A stretch of DNA of 64,000 nucleotides from a virus (IMGVR_UViG_3300046003_006038:64001-128000), one strand, 5' to 3'. Counted from the first letter of the stretch, positions 9,694-18,625 are shown. Notes: a model not told the origin generated them from the sequence alone. Made by a program: numbers and translations.

Positions 9694-10380
9694 TTATAAA
9701 AATTCTATTTCGTTTGTTTCTTTATTCCAATCAAATGTTATTGGCTTTTGAGTGTACTCGTATTGTTCATCTAATACTGAAGCATTAAAGAAGTGAGTAT
9801 GTCCATTCCAATAATACCCGTATCCTGAATGTATGTGTCCGCAGATGTGAATTTTGGGTTTAACTACTTCTATTCTCTCTGCCAATAATTCACATCCTAA
9901 ATGATCATGTCTTCTCCCTACTACTGTATCTAATGTTCCAAAAGCTGGACCATGTGTAATTAAGATATCTGTGTTGTCAGGAATTGCTTCCCATTTACCT
10001 GCTAATCCAAATCCATTTTTTGGTAAATTGAATGCCCAGTTATAAAATTCTGGTTGCCATGGTGATCCGTAAATTTTAATTCCATCTACCATAATAGCTT
10101 CATCTTGAAGATAGTCTACATTAAGGTGTTTGTTTAACCACTCTTGTACTTCTTCAGGATGATTCTCAAACATACGATCATGATTTCCTGCTATGAAAAT
10201 TTTAGTATCATATTGCTTTAAAGAACTAAGCCAATATAAAAAATCATGAATGTCATTTTTATTATATCCTGAGTTCATAATATCTCCGGCATGGATAAGA
10301 ATATCTCCTCCAGGTAAATCTGACATTGGAATTAATCCATGTCTTGTATGTGTATCGCTCAGAACCGTTATGCGAATCAT
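9694..10380 (-). CDS. Calcineurin-like metallophosphoesterase
   Basis: SDTH, HAGD, GNHD, THGP, GHIH motifs. Confidence 0.88.
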   Translation of the reverse strand: MIRITVLSDTHTRHGLIPMSDLPGGDILIHAGDIMNSGYNKNDIHDFLYWLSSLKQYDTKIFIAGNHDRMFENHPEEVQEWLNKHLNVDYLQDEAIMVDGIKIYGSPWQPEFYNWAFNLPKNGFGLAGKWEAIPDNTDILITHGPAFGTLDTVVGRRHDHLGCELLAERIEVVKPKIHICGHIHSGYGYYWNGHTHFFNASVLDEQYEYTQKPITFDWNKETNEIEFL

Positions 10381-10583
10381 AATTTAATGTATTGTCGTTT
10401 ATATTTTGTTTGTTTCTCATTTAGTACAATGATGTATTTCTTTCCACTTTTAGTTTTGTATACTTGAAATTTCATTGTATCAATATAGTACCATTCTTGT
10501 GTATAAGAATGATCTTTGATTCTTTGTTCCACTGAACATGATGTCAGTGTTAGTAGTAGAAGGAGTGTTAATATGTATTTCAT
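10377..10583 (-). CDS. Small lipoprotein
   Basis: Hydrophobic signal ending LTSC lipobox. Confidence 0.6.
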   Translation of the reverse strand: MKYILTLLLLLTLTSCSVEQRIKDHSYTQEWYYIDTMKFQVYKTKSGKKYIIVLNEKQTKYKRQYIKL

Positions 10584-11374
10584 ATCTTATTTGTTTTTAA
10601 AATTCTTTTAATTTCCTTTAGTGCTTTAATTATGTTTTCTTCTGTTGGATAACCATATCGTGTTAATTCAAAAGCAAACCATTCTGAAAATTTCAAAACT
10701 TCTTCTTCACTATACATTTTCTTGTCTTGTTCTTGTTGCCATTTAGCACCATCTTGAAATACAACTTTTACAAGATATATTCCTAATTCTTCTGACACAT
10801 CTTGGTGCATATTCGCATATCTTTCAGTAGCTTCTTCAAGTGTTTCTTGTTTAGATTCTACTTTTGGAATGATTATTTGAGATAAATTTTCAGATTCGGT
10901 CGGTAGTTTAATTCTTAACACTTTGTTTCCAAAACTATCTAAAATAGGTTGAAGATTTGTATCATATCTATAATCAACATCAACTCTCTCACAGCTTGGA
11001 TTCTTAACAAACCATTCTAAAAACTCATCATCAATAGTTTGTACACCATCTTTGATTAAGTCTTGGTCTGTTGTTAGGATAATTTTTTTAGTTGTTGGAC
11101 ATCCTGCAATATCATTAGCATTTGCCTTTCTTAGCCACCATTTATTACCTTTTTCATCAATAAAGTTTGGAGTAGTTGCTTTAGAATTTTCATTATGAAC
11201 TTCAAAACACCAATCACCTTCTTTAATTTCTTCTGAATTAGTGATGTAGATGTTATGAGTAGGTTTAATATCTGTATGATATTTATGGAACTCGCATAAT
11301 TGCCAATTTTTATCATTTGCATTATAATACAATCTACTTGGTTTTTCCGTTGGTAATACGTGAATGTTTTTCAT
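10580..11374 (-). CDS. Modular hypothetical protein, paralog family A (copy 1)
   Basis: MKNIHVLPT...ILTTDQDLIKDGVQTIDDEFLEWFVKNPSCE...QETLEEA...WQQEQDKKMYSEEEVL. Confidence 0.75.
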   Translation of the reverse strand: MKNIHVLPTEKPSRLYYNANDKNWQLCEFHKYHTDIKPTHNIYITNSEEIKEGDWCFEVHNENSKATTPNFIDEKGNKWWLRKANANDIAGCPTTKKIILTTDQDLIKDGVQTIDDEFLEWFVKNPSCERVDVDYRYDTNLQPILDSFGNKVLRIKLPTESENLSQIIIPKVESKQETLEEATERYANMHQDVSEELGIYLVKVVFQDGAKWQQEQDKKMYSEEEVLKFSEWFAFELTRYGYPTEENIIKALKEIKRILKTNKI

Positions 11375-11390
11375 AACCTTTGTTTTAAAT

Positions 11391-11430
11391 TTATACTTAA
11401 ATATACGAAATTAAATCCGAGTTTCCAAAT
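11391..11430 (-). promoter_or_regulatory. Bacteroidota-type promoter, duplicated at 16531-16571
   Basis: TTGGAAACTCGGATTTAATTTCGTATATTTAAGTATAA upstream of paralog A. Confidence 0.6.
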
Positions 11431-11511
11431 TTTTCATTATAATTCTAAGTTTTGTGTTTCAAATTAAGTTTGGTGTAAGCATTACGTTTATACTCAGCTG
11501 TTAATTGTAAT

Positions 11512-11949
11512 TTAAACGAACGCAACCTTATGAAACATCTTTGTGTCAATCAAAGAATATAAATACACTATTGGAAGTAAGAATATATTAAACTTAGTCC
11601 CCATTTGTAAATAATTCTTATCTCTACCTGTTGAGTGATAAAATCTATTAAAACTTAAAATTTGTCTAACACAACTCCATTGTTTCATTGCATCACTCAA
11701 ACTGCAACCAAATGAATGTCTATAAACTCCGAACATTTTAAGTTTTATTGGTTCATCAAGTTTAATATATTCTCCATTCACTTTTTCATATTCTTTGATT
11801 CCGTCAATATTTTCGGAGTAAAGAACAAAACTGCAACTAACAGCAGGCCTACCTCTTCTAATTTCAGTTAATAAAACTTCAAGAGAATAAGTTAAAGGGT
11901 CTCTTAAGGGATTTTTAACTTGTTCATTGTTTAAATTTGTACTTACCAT
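11512..11949 (-). CDS. Hypothetical protein
   Basis: 145-aa ORF. Confidence 0.6.
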   Translation of the reverse strand: MVSTNLNNEQVKNPLRDPLTYSLEVLLTEIRRGRPAVSCSFVLYSENIDGIKEYEKVNGEYIKLDEPIKLKMFGVYRHSFGCSLSDAMKQWSCVRQILSFNRFYHSTGRDKNYLQMGTKFNIFLLPIVYLYSLIDTKMFHKVAFV

Positions 11950-11950
11950 A

Positions 11951-12127
11951 TTATTTGTTTTTAAATGCTAAAATAATTCTTTGAAATAAATTCATTTGTT
12001 TATAGTTGTAGTAAAAATTTATTGCTCTTGGAATACTATTTCTATGACTTTTATAATCGTTAAATGTCAAAGCATCATAATGTTGTAAATCTTCATTTCT
12101 TAATTCTTCTAAAGGTGTCTGTTTCAT
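11951..12127 (-). CDS. Small hypothetical protein ending FKNK
   Basis: Manual translation MKQTPLEELR...AFKNK*. Confidence 0.5.
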   Translation of the reverse strand: MKQTPLEELRNEDLQHYDALTFNDYKSHRNSIPRAINFYYNYKQMNLFQRIILAFKNK

Positions 12128-12141
12128 ATTTATTTGTTTTG

Positions 12142-12417
12142 TTATTTACGAACTAAATTCTCTAAAACTTCAATATGATTAAACATATAAGTAAGTGTAT
12201 TTTCCATATAATCTAATTGATTAACATAGTTATTAATATGGCTACCATCTGTTGGAGACTCAATTATTTTATTTTCTTTTAAAGGATATTCTCCTCCTAA
12301 TGAAATAGTTGAACGATGTAGTCTTTCATTTACCTCTGATAACTTTCTTAAAAGTTCTTGGTGTCTGTAATTTAAGCCTTCAAAAATTGACACTTCTTCT
12401 CCCATAATATTTTCCAT
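12142..12417 (-). CDS. Hypothetical coiled-coil protein
   Basis: ORF track. Confidence 0.6.
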   Translation of the reverse strand: MENIMGEEVSIFEGLNYRHQELLRKLSEVNERLHRSTISLGGEYPLKENKIIESPTDGSHINNYVNQLDYMENTLTYMFNHIEVLENLVRK

Positions 12418-12730
12418 AATATTTATAGCACTTATCCTTGCAATCGGATTCTTAGTTTATCTTTTATTTTGTTGAGTTAATGCTAACAAATAACCACTTA
12501 TCCACATTTGTTTTTCATTTGGAGATAGTGTTTCTCTTAACTTTTCATGTACATTTTCTTCAAATACTTTTTCTCCCAACATCATAAAATCAGCTGGATT
12601 TGGTGTTTCTTTATTTTTCATATCTTATTGTTTTTTAAATTGTTAATAAATAGACACATATAAGCACCTCTCGTTTTTAATGTGGTGGCTACGCCCACAC
12701 TTCTGTATATCTATTAATCTTATTTGTTTT
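12415..12730. repeat. ~310-bp direct repeat, copy 1 (copy 2 at ~14456-14775)
   Basis: Near-identical sequence including a 54-aa ORF and flanking structured element. Confidence 0.9.
12457..12621 (-). CDS. 54-aa protein MKNKETPNPADF..., copy 1
   Basis: Manual translation; same protein at 14504-14668. Confidence 0.6.
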   Translation of the reverse strand: MKNKETPNPADFMMLGEKVFEENVHEKLRETLSPNEKQMWISGYLLALTQQNKR

Positions 12731-12959
12731 TAAATTGTTGTAAAGTTTCCTTTAATAAATCCATTTGCTCAATATTGGTATTTCCAAACTTATATTACTG
12801 AATAATTTTTTGAGTAAATTCTAATACTTCTTCCTCACTATACCCTTGTTGTTCTTTTTCCATTTCTTTGGCTTTAATCTTAATTAGTTCCCATATTTCA
12901 GGAGTGTTATCTACATCTTCAATTCTATCTAATAACCATTCTACTGCTGTTTGTTTCAT
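12720..12959 (-). pseudogene. MKQTAVEWL-family ORF with in-frame TAA at 12795-12797
   Basis: Frame continues 24 codons past the stop to the family's FKNK* end. Confidence 0.6.
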
Positions 12960-12962
12960 ATC

Positions 12963-13739
12963 TTATTTCTTTTTAAATTGTTCAAACCATAGTTTTACGT
13001 CTTCAACATCTTCCCCCATTTGTAAAGTATATAAGAATGTTCCTAAAATATCTAATACTTCTTCCTCACTATACAATTTCTTGTCTTGTTCTTGTTGCCA
13101 TTTATAAAATAGTTGTTCTATTTCATAAGCACAACTTGGAGCATCCATTGCATCCCCATCAACATCTTTTCTCGGTATTTGTTTTACAACTGAAAAGATA
13201 GAATTAAACAATTCAGTTCTTTCTACTTTTCTAACTTCTTCAAGTGTTTCTTGTTCCTGAATTAATTTCTTCACTCCTTCCATTTTTTCTTCATTCCAAA
13301 TTTGTTGTGGTTGGATTTCTTCTTTTGGAATGATGATGTCATACATATTTTCGTAATAACTTGGTTCATCATCCACGAATCCCGCCATTAATGGTTCAAT
13401 ACCAACCTTCTCACAACTTGGATTCTTTACAAACCATTCTAAAAACTCATCATCAATAGCTTGTACACCATCTTTGATTAAGTCTTGGTCTGTTGTTATG
13501 ATGACTTTTGAAGCTCCTTCTAAATCTTTAGATAGTAAATAAGAAACTTGAACTAATCTACCATCTTGAGTGATGATATAATCATTCTCATTTATTTCTT
13601 CATCAGAAGTGATGTATATGTTTTGGCTAACAATATGTTCACTTCCATAATGAAATCCTTTTGCTAACGGCAATAATTCTTCTTTATATTTAGATAACCT
13701 ACTTGGTTTATCTGTTGGCAACAGGAATAAATTTTTCAT
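12963..13739 (-). CDS. Modular hypothetical protein, paralog family A (copy 2)
   Basis: Shares TTDQDLIKDGVQAIDDEFLEWFVKNPSCE and WQQEQDKKLYSEEEVL modules. Confidence 0.75.
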   Translation of the reverse strand: MKNLFLLPTDKPSRLSKYKEELLPLAKGFHYGSEHIVSQNIYITSDEEINENDYIITQDGRLVQVSYLLSKDLEGASKVIITTDQDLIKDGVQAIDDEFLEWFVKNPSCEKVGIEPLMAGFVDDEPSYYENMYDIIIPKEEIQPQQIWNEEKMEGVKKLIQEQETLEEVRKVERTELFNSIFSVVKQIPRKDVDGDAMDAPSCAYEIEQLFYKWQQEQDKKLYSEEEVLDILGTFLYTLQMGEDVEDVKLWFEQFKKK

Positions 13740-13741
13740 AG

Positions 13742-14023
13742 TTATTTGTTTTTAAATTCCTCAAAATTATCTTTAAAATATTGTTCGGCAACTAACCATT
13801 GGTCAAAATGATTTTTAGGATTTCTTGCAATCATATCTCCAATTTTAGGAGAACCATTTAATAAATCTGCATCAGAAATACTAACTTTTATTGGATGTTT
13901 CCAATCTCCTAAATCAGATGGTATTACAATAGCACCTACATTGTGAAAGTCTGTAATATCATTTTCTGTTACTTCTCTCATTTCTGCAATTTGAGTTCTT
14001 TTGAATTGTTTAAAATTTTTCAT
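13742..14023 (-). CDS. Hypothetical protein (KRTQIAEMR...GSPKIGDMIARNPKNHFDQWLVA)
   Basis: ORF; start placed at MKNFK just downstream of the attC-like site. Confidence 0.7.
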   Translation of the reverse strand: MKNFKQFKRTQIAEMREVTENDITDFHNVGAIVIPSDLGDWKHPIKVSISDADLLNGSPKIGDMIARNPKNHFDQWLVAEQYFKDNFEEFKNK

Positions 14024-14045
14024 TTTGTTTGAATTTAAAGCCATC

Positions 14046-14178
14046 ATATAACACTGCATTGTAACAATTGTTGGTTAAGGCTTAATTAATAATTTGTTTT
14101 TAATCGGTTAGTTTTAGTCTTTAATCAAAACATTGTGCAAGTCTAACCACAACTGACTACAATGCTTTAACGTTGTGC
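14046..14178 (-). mobile_element. attC-like integron cassette recombination site
   Basis: GCACAAC...GTTATAT core ends, 133 bp, inner arms GCATTGTAG/TTACAATGC, CAGTTGT/ACAATTG, GGTTAG/CTTAACC. Confidence 0.6.
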
Positions 14179-14219
14179 GAGATGCTACACAAACCGCATA
14201 GCATCCGACAACCAAAGAA

Positions 14220-14459
14220 TTAATTTTCGTGAGTAAAAGCTTTTGTAATCCACATTGAAGCATTTTCAATATCTGTCATTGCTAATGATTTCAATCTTCC
14301 GTGTTCGCTTCCATTTTGTTCAATAGCATCAATTCTATTTATGACTTTTGCAAGTTCATATTTTAGCTTTAAATGCTCACTACATTCATTGGTCAAGATT
14401 TCATCAAAATTAATTCGCAATCTTTTTTCTCCTAACGATAATTCTCTTTTTAATTCCAT
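14220..14459 (-). CDS. Acb2/Tad1-like helical-hairpin protein (candidate immune-signal sponge)
   Basis: SLGEKRLRINF N-terminus and GRLKSLAMTDIENASMWITKA C-terminal helix resemble the R-x-x-S/A-x-A-x-T-x-x-E/Q-x-A-x-M-W pattern of this fold; recalled similarity, not searched. Confidence 0.5.
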   Translation of the reverse strand: MELKRELSLGEKRLRINFDEILTNECSEHLKLKYELAKVINRIDAIEQNGSEHGRLKSLAMTDIENASMWITKAFTHEN

Positions 14460-14775
14460 AATATTTGTAGCACTTATCCTTGCAATCGGGTTTTTGTTTT
14501 GTTTTATCTTTTATTTTGTTGAGTTAATGCTAACAAATAACCACTTATCCACATTTGTTTTTCATTTGGAGATAGTGTTTCTCTTAACTTTTCATGTACA
14601 TTTTCTTCAAATACTTTTTCTCCCAACATCATAAAATCAGCTGGATTTGGTGTTTCTTTATTTTTCATATCTTATTGTTTTTTAAATTGTTAATAAATAG
14701 ACACATATAAGCACCTCTCGTTTTTAATGTGGTGGCTACCCCCACGCTTATACATATCTATTAGTCTTATTTGTT
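14456..14775. repeat. ~310-bp direct repeat, copy 2
   Basis: Matches 12415-12730. Confidence 0.9.
14504..14668 (-). CDS. 54-aa protein MKNKETPNPADF..., copy 2
   Basis: Manual translation. Confidence 0.6.
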   Translation of the reverse strand: MKNKETPNPADFMMLGEKVFEENVHEKLRETLSPNEKQMWISGYLLALTQQNKR

Positions 14776-14956
14776 TTATAGTTTGTTAATTTTTTTAACT
14801 TTATTAATTAAATTTTCTTCTCTTTTGGTTGGTGTGTAACTTTTCTGTAAAAACTCTATTTGATTCGCTTTAATAGGTGTTTTTAATAAAATATATTTAA
14901 ACCAAAAAATAAAAATTGAAATATTATATTTTATCTGTTTCATATCTTATTTCTTT

Positions 14957-15178
14957 TTAAATTGTAAGTTTCCACCTTTTAGAAAATTCTTCATCAGTAT
15001 TTAATTTATTAATAAATTCTTCTTCTGTGTATACAGAATAGTTTTCGTCATTAAAAAACCCATCAAATGATTCTTCTAATTTTAACCATTTTTTACTGAA
15101 ATTCCCTTCATCGAAGTTTTCACAATAGTTCTTATAAGATTCACTTATAAGGTCTGCTTTTTTGTCTGTCTGTTTCAT
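14957..15178 (-). CDS. Hypothetical acidic protein
   Basis: ORF track; bounded by repeated junction motifs. Confidence 0.6.
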   Translation of the reverse strand: MKQTDKKADLISESYKNYCENFDEGNFSKKWLKLEESFDGFFNDENYSVYTEEEFINKLNTDEEFSKRWKLTI

Positions 15179-15181
15179 ATC

Positions 15182-15283
15182 TTATTTGTTTTTAATTAAT
15201 TTATAAATTGCTCTTAATAATCCGCCAACGCAGATTACTAAACATACTTCAAAAAAATATATAAAAAAATTTAGTGCTTCCAT
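15182..15283 (-). CDS. 33-aa membrane peptide
   Basis: MEALNFFIYFFEVCLVICVGGLLRAIYKLIKNK*, between two junction motifs. Confidence 0.5.
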   Translation of the reverse strand: MEALNFFIYFFEVCLVICVGGLLRAIYKLIKNK

Positions 15284-15286
15284 ATC

Positions 15287-15616
15287 TTATTTCTTTTTAA
15301 ATTTAATACCTTTTTCTGCTAATCTTGGATAAACATAATTTTCAATTGCTGATTCCATTTCTTCTTGGTTTTTATCTTTATTGTTTACAAACCAATCAAC
15401 CATTGCTCTCATAGTTTCTTCGTAAGTTGTTTTAATTAAAACTTCAACTTCTTCATTACTATACATATTCTTGTCTTGTTCTTGTTGCCATTTAGCACCA
15501 TTATTAAATCCTAAATTATAAGCAGGTCTTTGTTTAGTATAGTTTGTTAAAATTTCACCATACCTTTCAAATTCAATTCTCTTAGCAGCTTCTTCAATTG
15601 TTTCTTTATCTGTCAT
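15287..15616 (-). CDS. Modular hypothetical protein (ETIEEAA / GAKWQQEQDKNMYS modules)
   Basis: Shares modules with family A C-termini. Confidence 0.7.
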   Translation of the reverse strand: MTDKETIEEAAKRIEFERYGEILTNYTKQRPAYNLGFNNGAKWQQEQDKNMYSNEEVEVLIKTTYEETMRAMVDWFVNNKDKNQEEMESAIENYVYPRLAEKGIKFKKK

Positions 15617-15839
15617 AATTTATGTTTTTAAAATGTTGTTCTATCATTTCTCTTGAATTATATCCTAAAGTAATTCCTACACCATCATCATTTGTTAAAA
15701 TGTAATTTAGTATCTCATTTGCAGTATTGTCTTGTTCTTGTTGTCATTCAACACCTAATTCAAAGATTGTTTTATTAAACAAAAATGGATATTCCTTTCT
15801 TGTTCTGTCAATAGCTTCTTCAATTGTTTCTTGTTTCAT
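15606..15839 (-). pseudogene. MKQETIEEA-family ORF with in-frame TGA at 15744-15746
   Basis: GVE*QQEQD where paralogs have K/EWQQEQD (TGG to TGA). Confidence 0.6.
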
Positions 15840-16515
15840 AATTTTTTATTGCTTTATCAATACATTCTCTTACAGAATTACATTTAATAACTTTAAATTT
15901 TTCAGGATTACACTCTATTTGAAATTCAATTGCATCATTAAGTCCATTTCTTAATCCTGCAAAAAATACTTCACAATAATTATCTCCTTTTGTCATAATT
16001 TTTTGAATCCAATCTAACCTTTCTTTATCTGATACTTCAATTGTTTCTTCTTTAGGTTCTTCAGGTCCACAATCACAGTATGAAGTGTGTCCACAGTAAC
16101 ATTTTGTTTGTTCTTCTTTTGGAATGATGATTTCGTAATCAAGAAAGTTATAACCATAATTACTTCCATCAGCAAATCCTTTTTGAACCTCAACAAACTC
16201 ACAACTTGGATTCTTAATAAACCATTCTAAAAACTCATCATCAATACCTGTTACATCATCATTGATTAAGTCTTGGTCTGTTGTTAAAATAACCTTTAAA
16301 GCACCTTCTAAATCCTTAGATAGTAAATAAGAAACTTGAACTAATCTACCATCTTGAGTGATGATATAATCATTCTCATCTATATCTTCATCAGAAGTGA
16401 TGTAGATGTTTACACTACAAGGACTTGAATCATATCCTTTTTCTAATCTTAAATTACCAAAAGTATCATGAAGTCTTTTTTCTTTATCTGTTGGTAATAC
16501 GTGTATGTTTTTCAT
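15820..16515 (-). CDS. Modular hypothetical protein, paralog family A (copy 3)
   Basis: MKNIHVLPTDK...LTTDQDLI...IDDEFLEWFIKNPSCE. Confidence 0.75.
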   Translation of the reverse strand: MKNIHVLPTDKEKRLHDTFGNLRLEKGYDSSPCSVNIYITSDEDIDENDYIITQDGRLVQVSYLLSKDLEGALKVILTTDQDLINDDVTGIDDEFLEWFIKNPSCEFVEVQKGFADGSNYGYNFLDYEIIIPKEEQTKCYCGHTSYCDCGPEEPKEETIEVSDKERLDWIQKIMTKGDNYCEVFFAGLRNGLNDAIEFQIECNPEKFKVIKCNSVRECIDKAIKNYETRNN

Positions 16516-16551
16516 AACCTTTGTTTTAAATTTATACTTAAATATACGAAA

Positions 16552-17037
16552 TTAAATCCGAGTTTCCAAATTTTTCATTATAATTCTATAAATTTTTTTA
16601 TCCCTATGTGGATCTCCTTTCCCAATTGCTGGGTATATTATTGTACCTGAGAATCGTTTGTAGTAGTTATTTAGAGTGTTTTGGTTCATTCTCTTTACTT
16701 TACCCCAACCCCATGAACCTTGTATGATAAAAAGACGAGCGTTTGGGAAAGTTCTTTTAATAGTATTTAATAAAATATTTATACCTGTGTCTTTGTAATT
16801 ATCATTTACTCCAATACATACACTTACACTTTTAACTGCAGGAGATACATGGTAATTACGTATTTTACTATTCAATTCAATAACGCCTATGCCTGATTGG
16901 CATAAGCGTTTTATCTGTTTGATTTCAGTTGAATGTTTGGCTAATAGGTATGTTTGTGAATCACCTATTAGGATATGTTCTTGACTGAAAGTAAAGACTG
17001 AGAATAGTATGAATATGTATTTGGTTAGTCCCACCAT
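16552..17037 (-). CDS. SGNH/GDSL-like hydrolase with signal peptide
   Basis: ILIGDSQT block I and IGVND block III; hydrophobic N-terminus. Confidence 0.65.
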   Translation of the reverse strand: MVGLTKYIFILFSVFTFSQEHILIGDSQTYLLAKHSTEIKQIKRLCQSGIGVIELNSKIRNYHVSPAVKSVSVCIGVNDNYKDTGINILLNTIKRTFPNARLFIIQGSWGWGKVKRMNQNTLNNYYKRFSGTIIYPAIGKGDPHRDKKIYRIIMKNLETRI

Positions 17038-17642
17038 TTTTCAATTTCTGACTCCATTATTTTAAATAATAGCTTTCTTGCTCGGTCGTGGTTGATATGG
17101 GCAATATTCATGGCTATAATTCTTTTCATTTCACTCTCATCTCTTCCATCTAATGTAAATGGACCTTCTCCTTTTAAAACTCGTTTATAGACTAAAGGAT
17201 ATTTTTTAAAGAACTCATCATACTTTTCCCATACTTCTTCTGAATTGTATAATGAATTTCCTGTTCCATCATTACATGGTGTGAGCCATACTCTGTCTTT
17301 ACCATAGTCCATGTACTCCATGGCATATGTTTCATCTTGTACTTTTTCAATTAAAGAAACACATAATCTCATTCTACGAGCATCTTGTTGGGCTCGAGTA
17401 TGCCAGTTCCTATCACCAATATAATTGGCTTGTGATTTGAGTTTATGTTTTAAAACTTCAAAGATATAGTGAGAATCCCAATTTCTATCTTTCCAGATGA
17501 TTGGTAACCAATACCATAGATTCTTTACTCCATTTTTAAAGTACTTGTGATAGTATTTACCATCATGGTTCCACCACAGCCATATTCTTCTAAAGAAGTT
17601 TGGTCTTGGTCTGTTTTTTATTTCTTCGAAAAAGTCTTCCAT
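17025..17642 (-). CDS. Hypothetical protein
   Basis: 205-aa ORF. Confidence 0.7.
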   Translation of the reverse strand: MEDFFEEIKNRPRPNFFRRIWLWWNHDGKYYHKYFKNGVKNLWYWLPIIWKDRNWDSHYIFEVLKHKLKSQANYIGDRNWHTRAQQDARRMRLCVSLIEKVQDETYAMEYMDYGKDRVWLTPCNDGTGNSLYNSEEVWEKYDEFFKKYPLVYKRVLKGEGPFTLDGRDESEMKRIIAMNIAHINHDRARKLLFKIMESEIEKWWD

Positions 17643-17732
17643 ATTAATTACTTCCTTTATTTATTAAATAATACCATAACCATATTATTCGGGGTCTTAT
17701 GAATTCATAAGCTGCCCATATTAAAATCCATT

Positions 17733-18089
17733 TCATAGTTTAAATAATTCGTATGTAGAATTTTCTGTATTAAATTTTACATAGTCCTCTCTTTGTTCTA
17801 CAATTGATATTACTGGGGTTGTTTGCCAAGTAAAGTACATATTAAATGGAGACATGATTAAACTTCTATCAATAGCTATTTCTTGAAAATCTGCTTTATA
17901 TTTTCCTTCCTCATCAAACTCTAACCATTTTATAGCTAAAGATGTTTTTGTTAAACCATCTCTATCTCTTACTAGTTTGTAGTTAGGTTCTAATTCTTTC
18001 CCAAATATAGACTTAAATGCTTCATCTAGATCAAACTTACCTTCCTCATTTTGAGTTAGTAATATTTTTGGTTGTGCTCCTGATATCAT
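17733..18089 (-). CDS. Hypothetical protein
   Basis: ORF track. Confidence 0.65.
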   Translation of the reverse strand: MISGAQPKILLTQNEEGKFDLDEAFKSIFGKELEPNYKLVRDRDGLTKTSLAIKWLEFDEEGKYKADFQEIAIDRSLIMSPFNMYFTWQTTPVISIVEQREDYVKFNTENSTYELFKL

Positions 18090-18092
18090 GAT

Positions 18093-18398
18093 TTATGCTG
18101 TTATCCAATTTGTATTTCCTACTTCTATTAAGCTTTCTGATCCATCGTATTCGTCTATTTGAAATTGTTCTCCTTCATTAAGCCATTGTATTTCTAGATT
18201 TTTTACACCTCCTGTGTATGCTTCAGGCCACATTAATTTTACAAATTCAATAGCTTCTTGTATTTGTTGTTTTTCAATTAAATCAACTAATGTTGGGTGG
18301 AAGATTGCTTCTAATGGAGCACCCCATGTGTAAAATCCTGCTCCGTATCCTGGTGATATTAGTACTGCTACTTTTCCGTTTCTTATTACTTTTTCCAT
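18093..18398 (-). CDS. Hypothetical protein (VAVLISPGYGAG...IDEYDGSE)
   Basis: ORF track. Confidence 0.7.
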   Translation of the reverse strand: MEKVIRNGKVAVLISPGYGAGFYTWGAPLEAIFHPTLVDLIEKQQIQEAIEFVKLMWPEAYTGGVKNLEIQWLNEGEQFQIDEYDGSESLIEVGNTNWITA

Positions 18399-18403
18399 TA
18401 TTT

Positions 18404-18625
18404 TTAAAGTGTATTTTCTATTAATCCTAATTTATTTAAAAATTGTTCACATTCTTCTTTAGTGTCAGCTGAGAAGATGTTAGTTTCTATTGCTCCTTTT
18501 TCTCTAAATCCAATTGCAGCTTCTATGTAATATCCTGTAATTTCTGCTTTTTCTCTTCTAGTTAAGGGTTTCTTATACCTTGTCCTTATATGAGCATAGA
18601 TAATTTTATCTTTGTTTATCCACAT
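18404..18625 (-). CDS. Hypothetical protein
   Basis: ORF track. Confidence 0.55.
   Translation of the reverse strand: MWINKDKIIYAHIRTRYKKPLTRREKAEITGYYIEAAIGFREKGAIETNIFSADTKEECEQFLNKLGLIENTL

Noticed and set aside
12649-12715. Pistol ribozyme or preQ1 riboswitch
   Set aside because: GTGG-loop-CCAC plus A-rich linker is similar, but no pseudoknot partner for the loop and no preQ1 consensus
12720-15839. Stop-codon reassignment (TGA=Trp or TAA=Gln) suggested by two in-frame stops
   Set aside because: Many intact genes end in TGA or TAA, long genes have no internal stops, and no canonical suppressor tRNA was found
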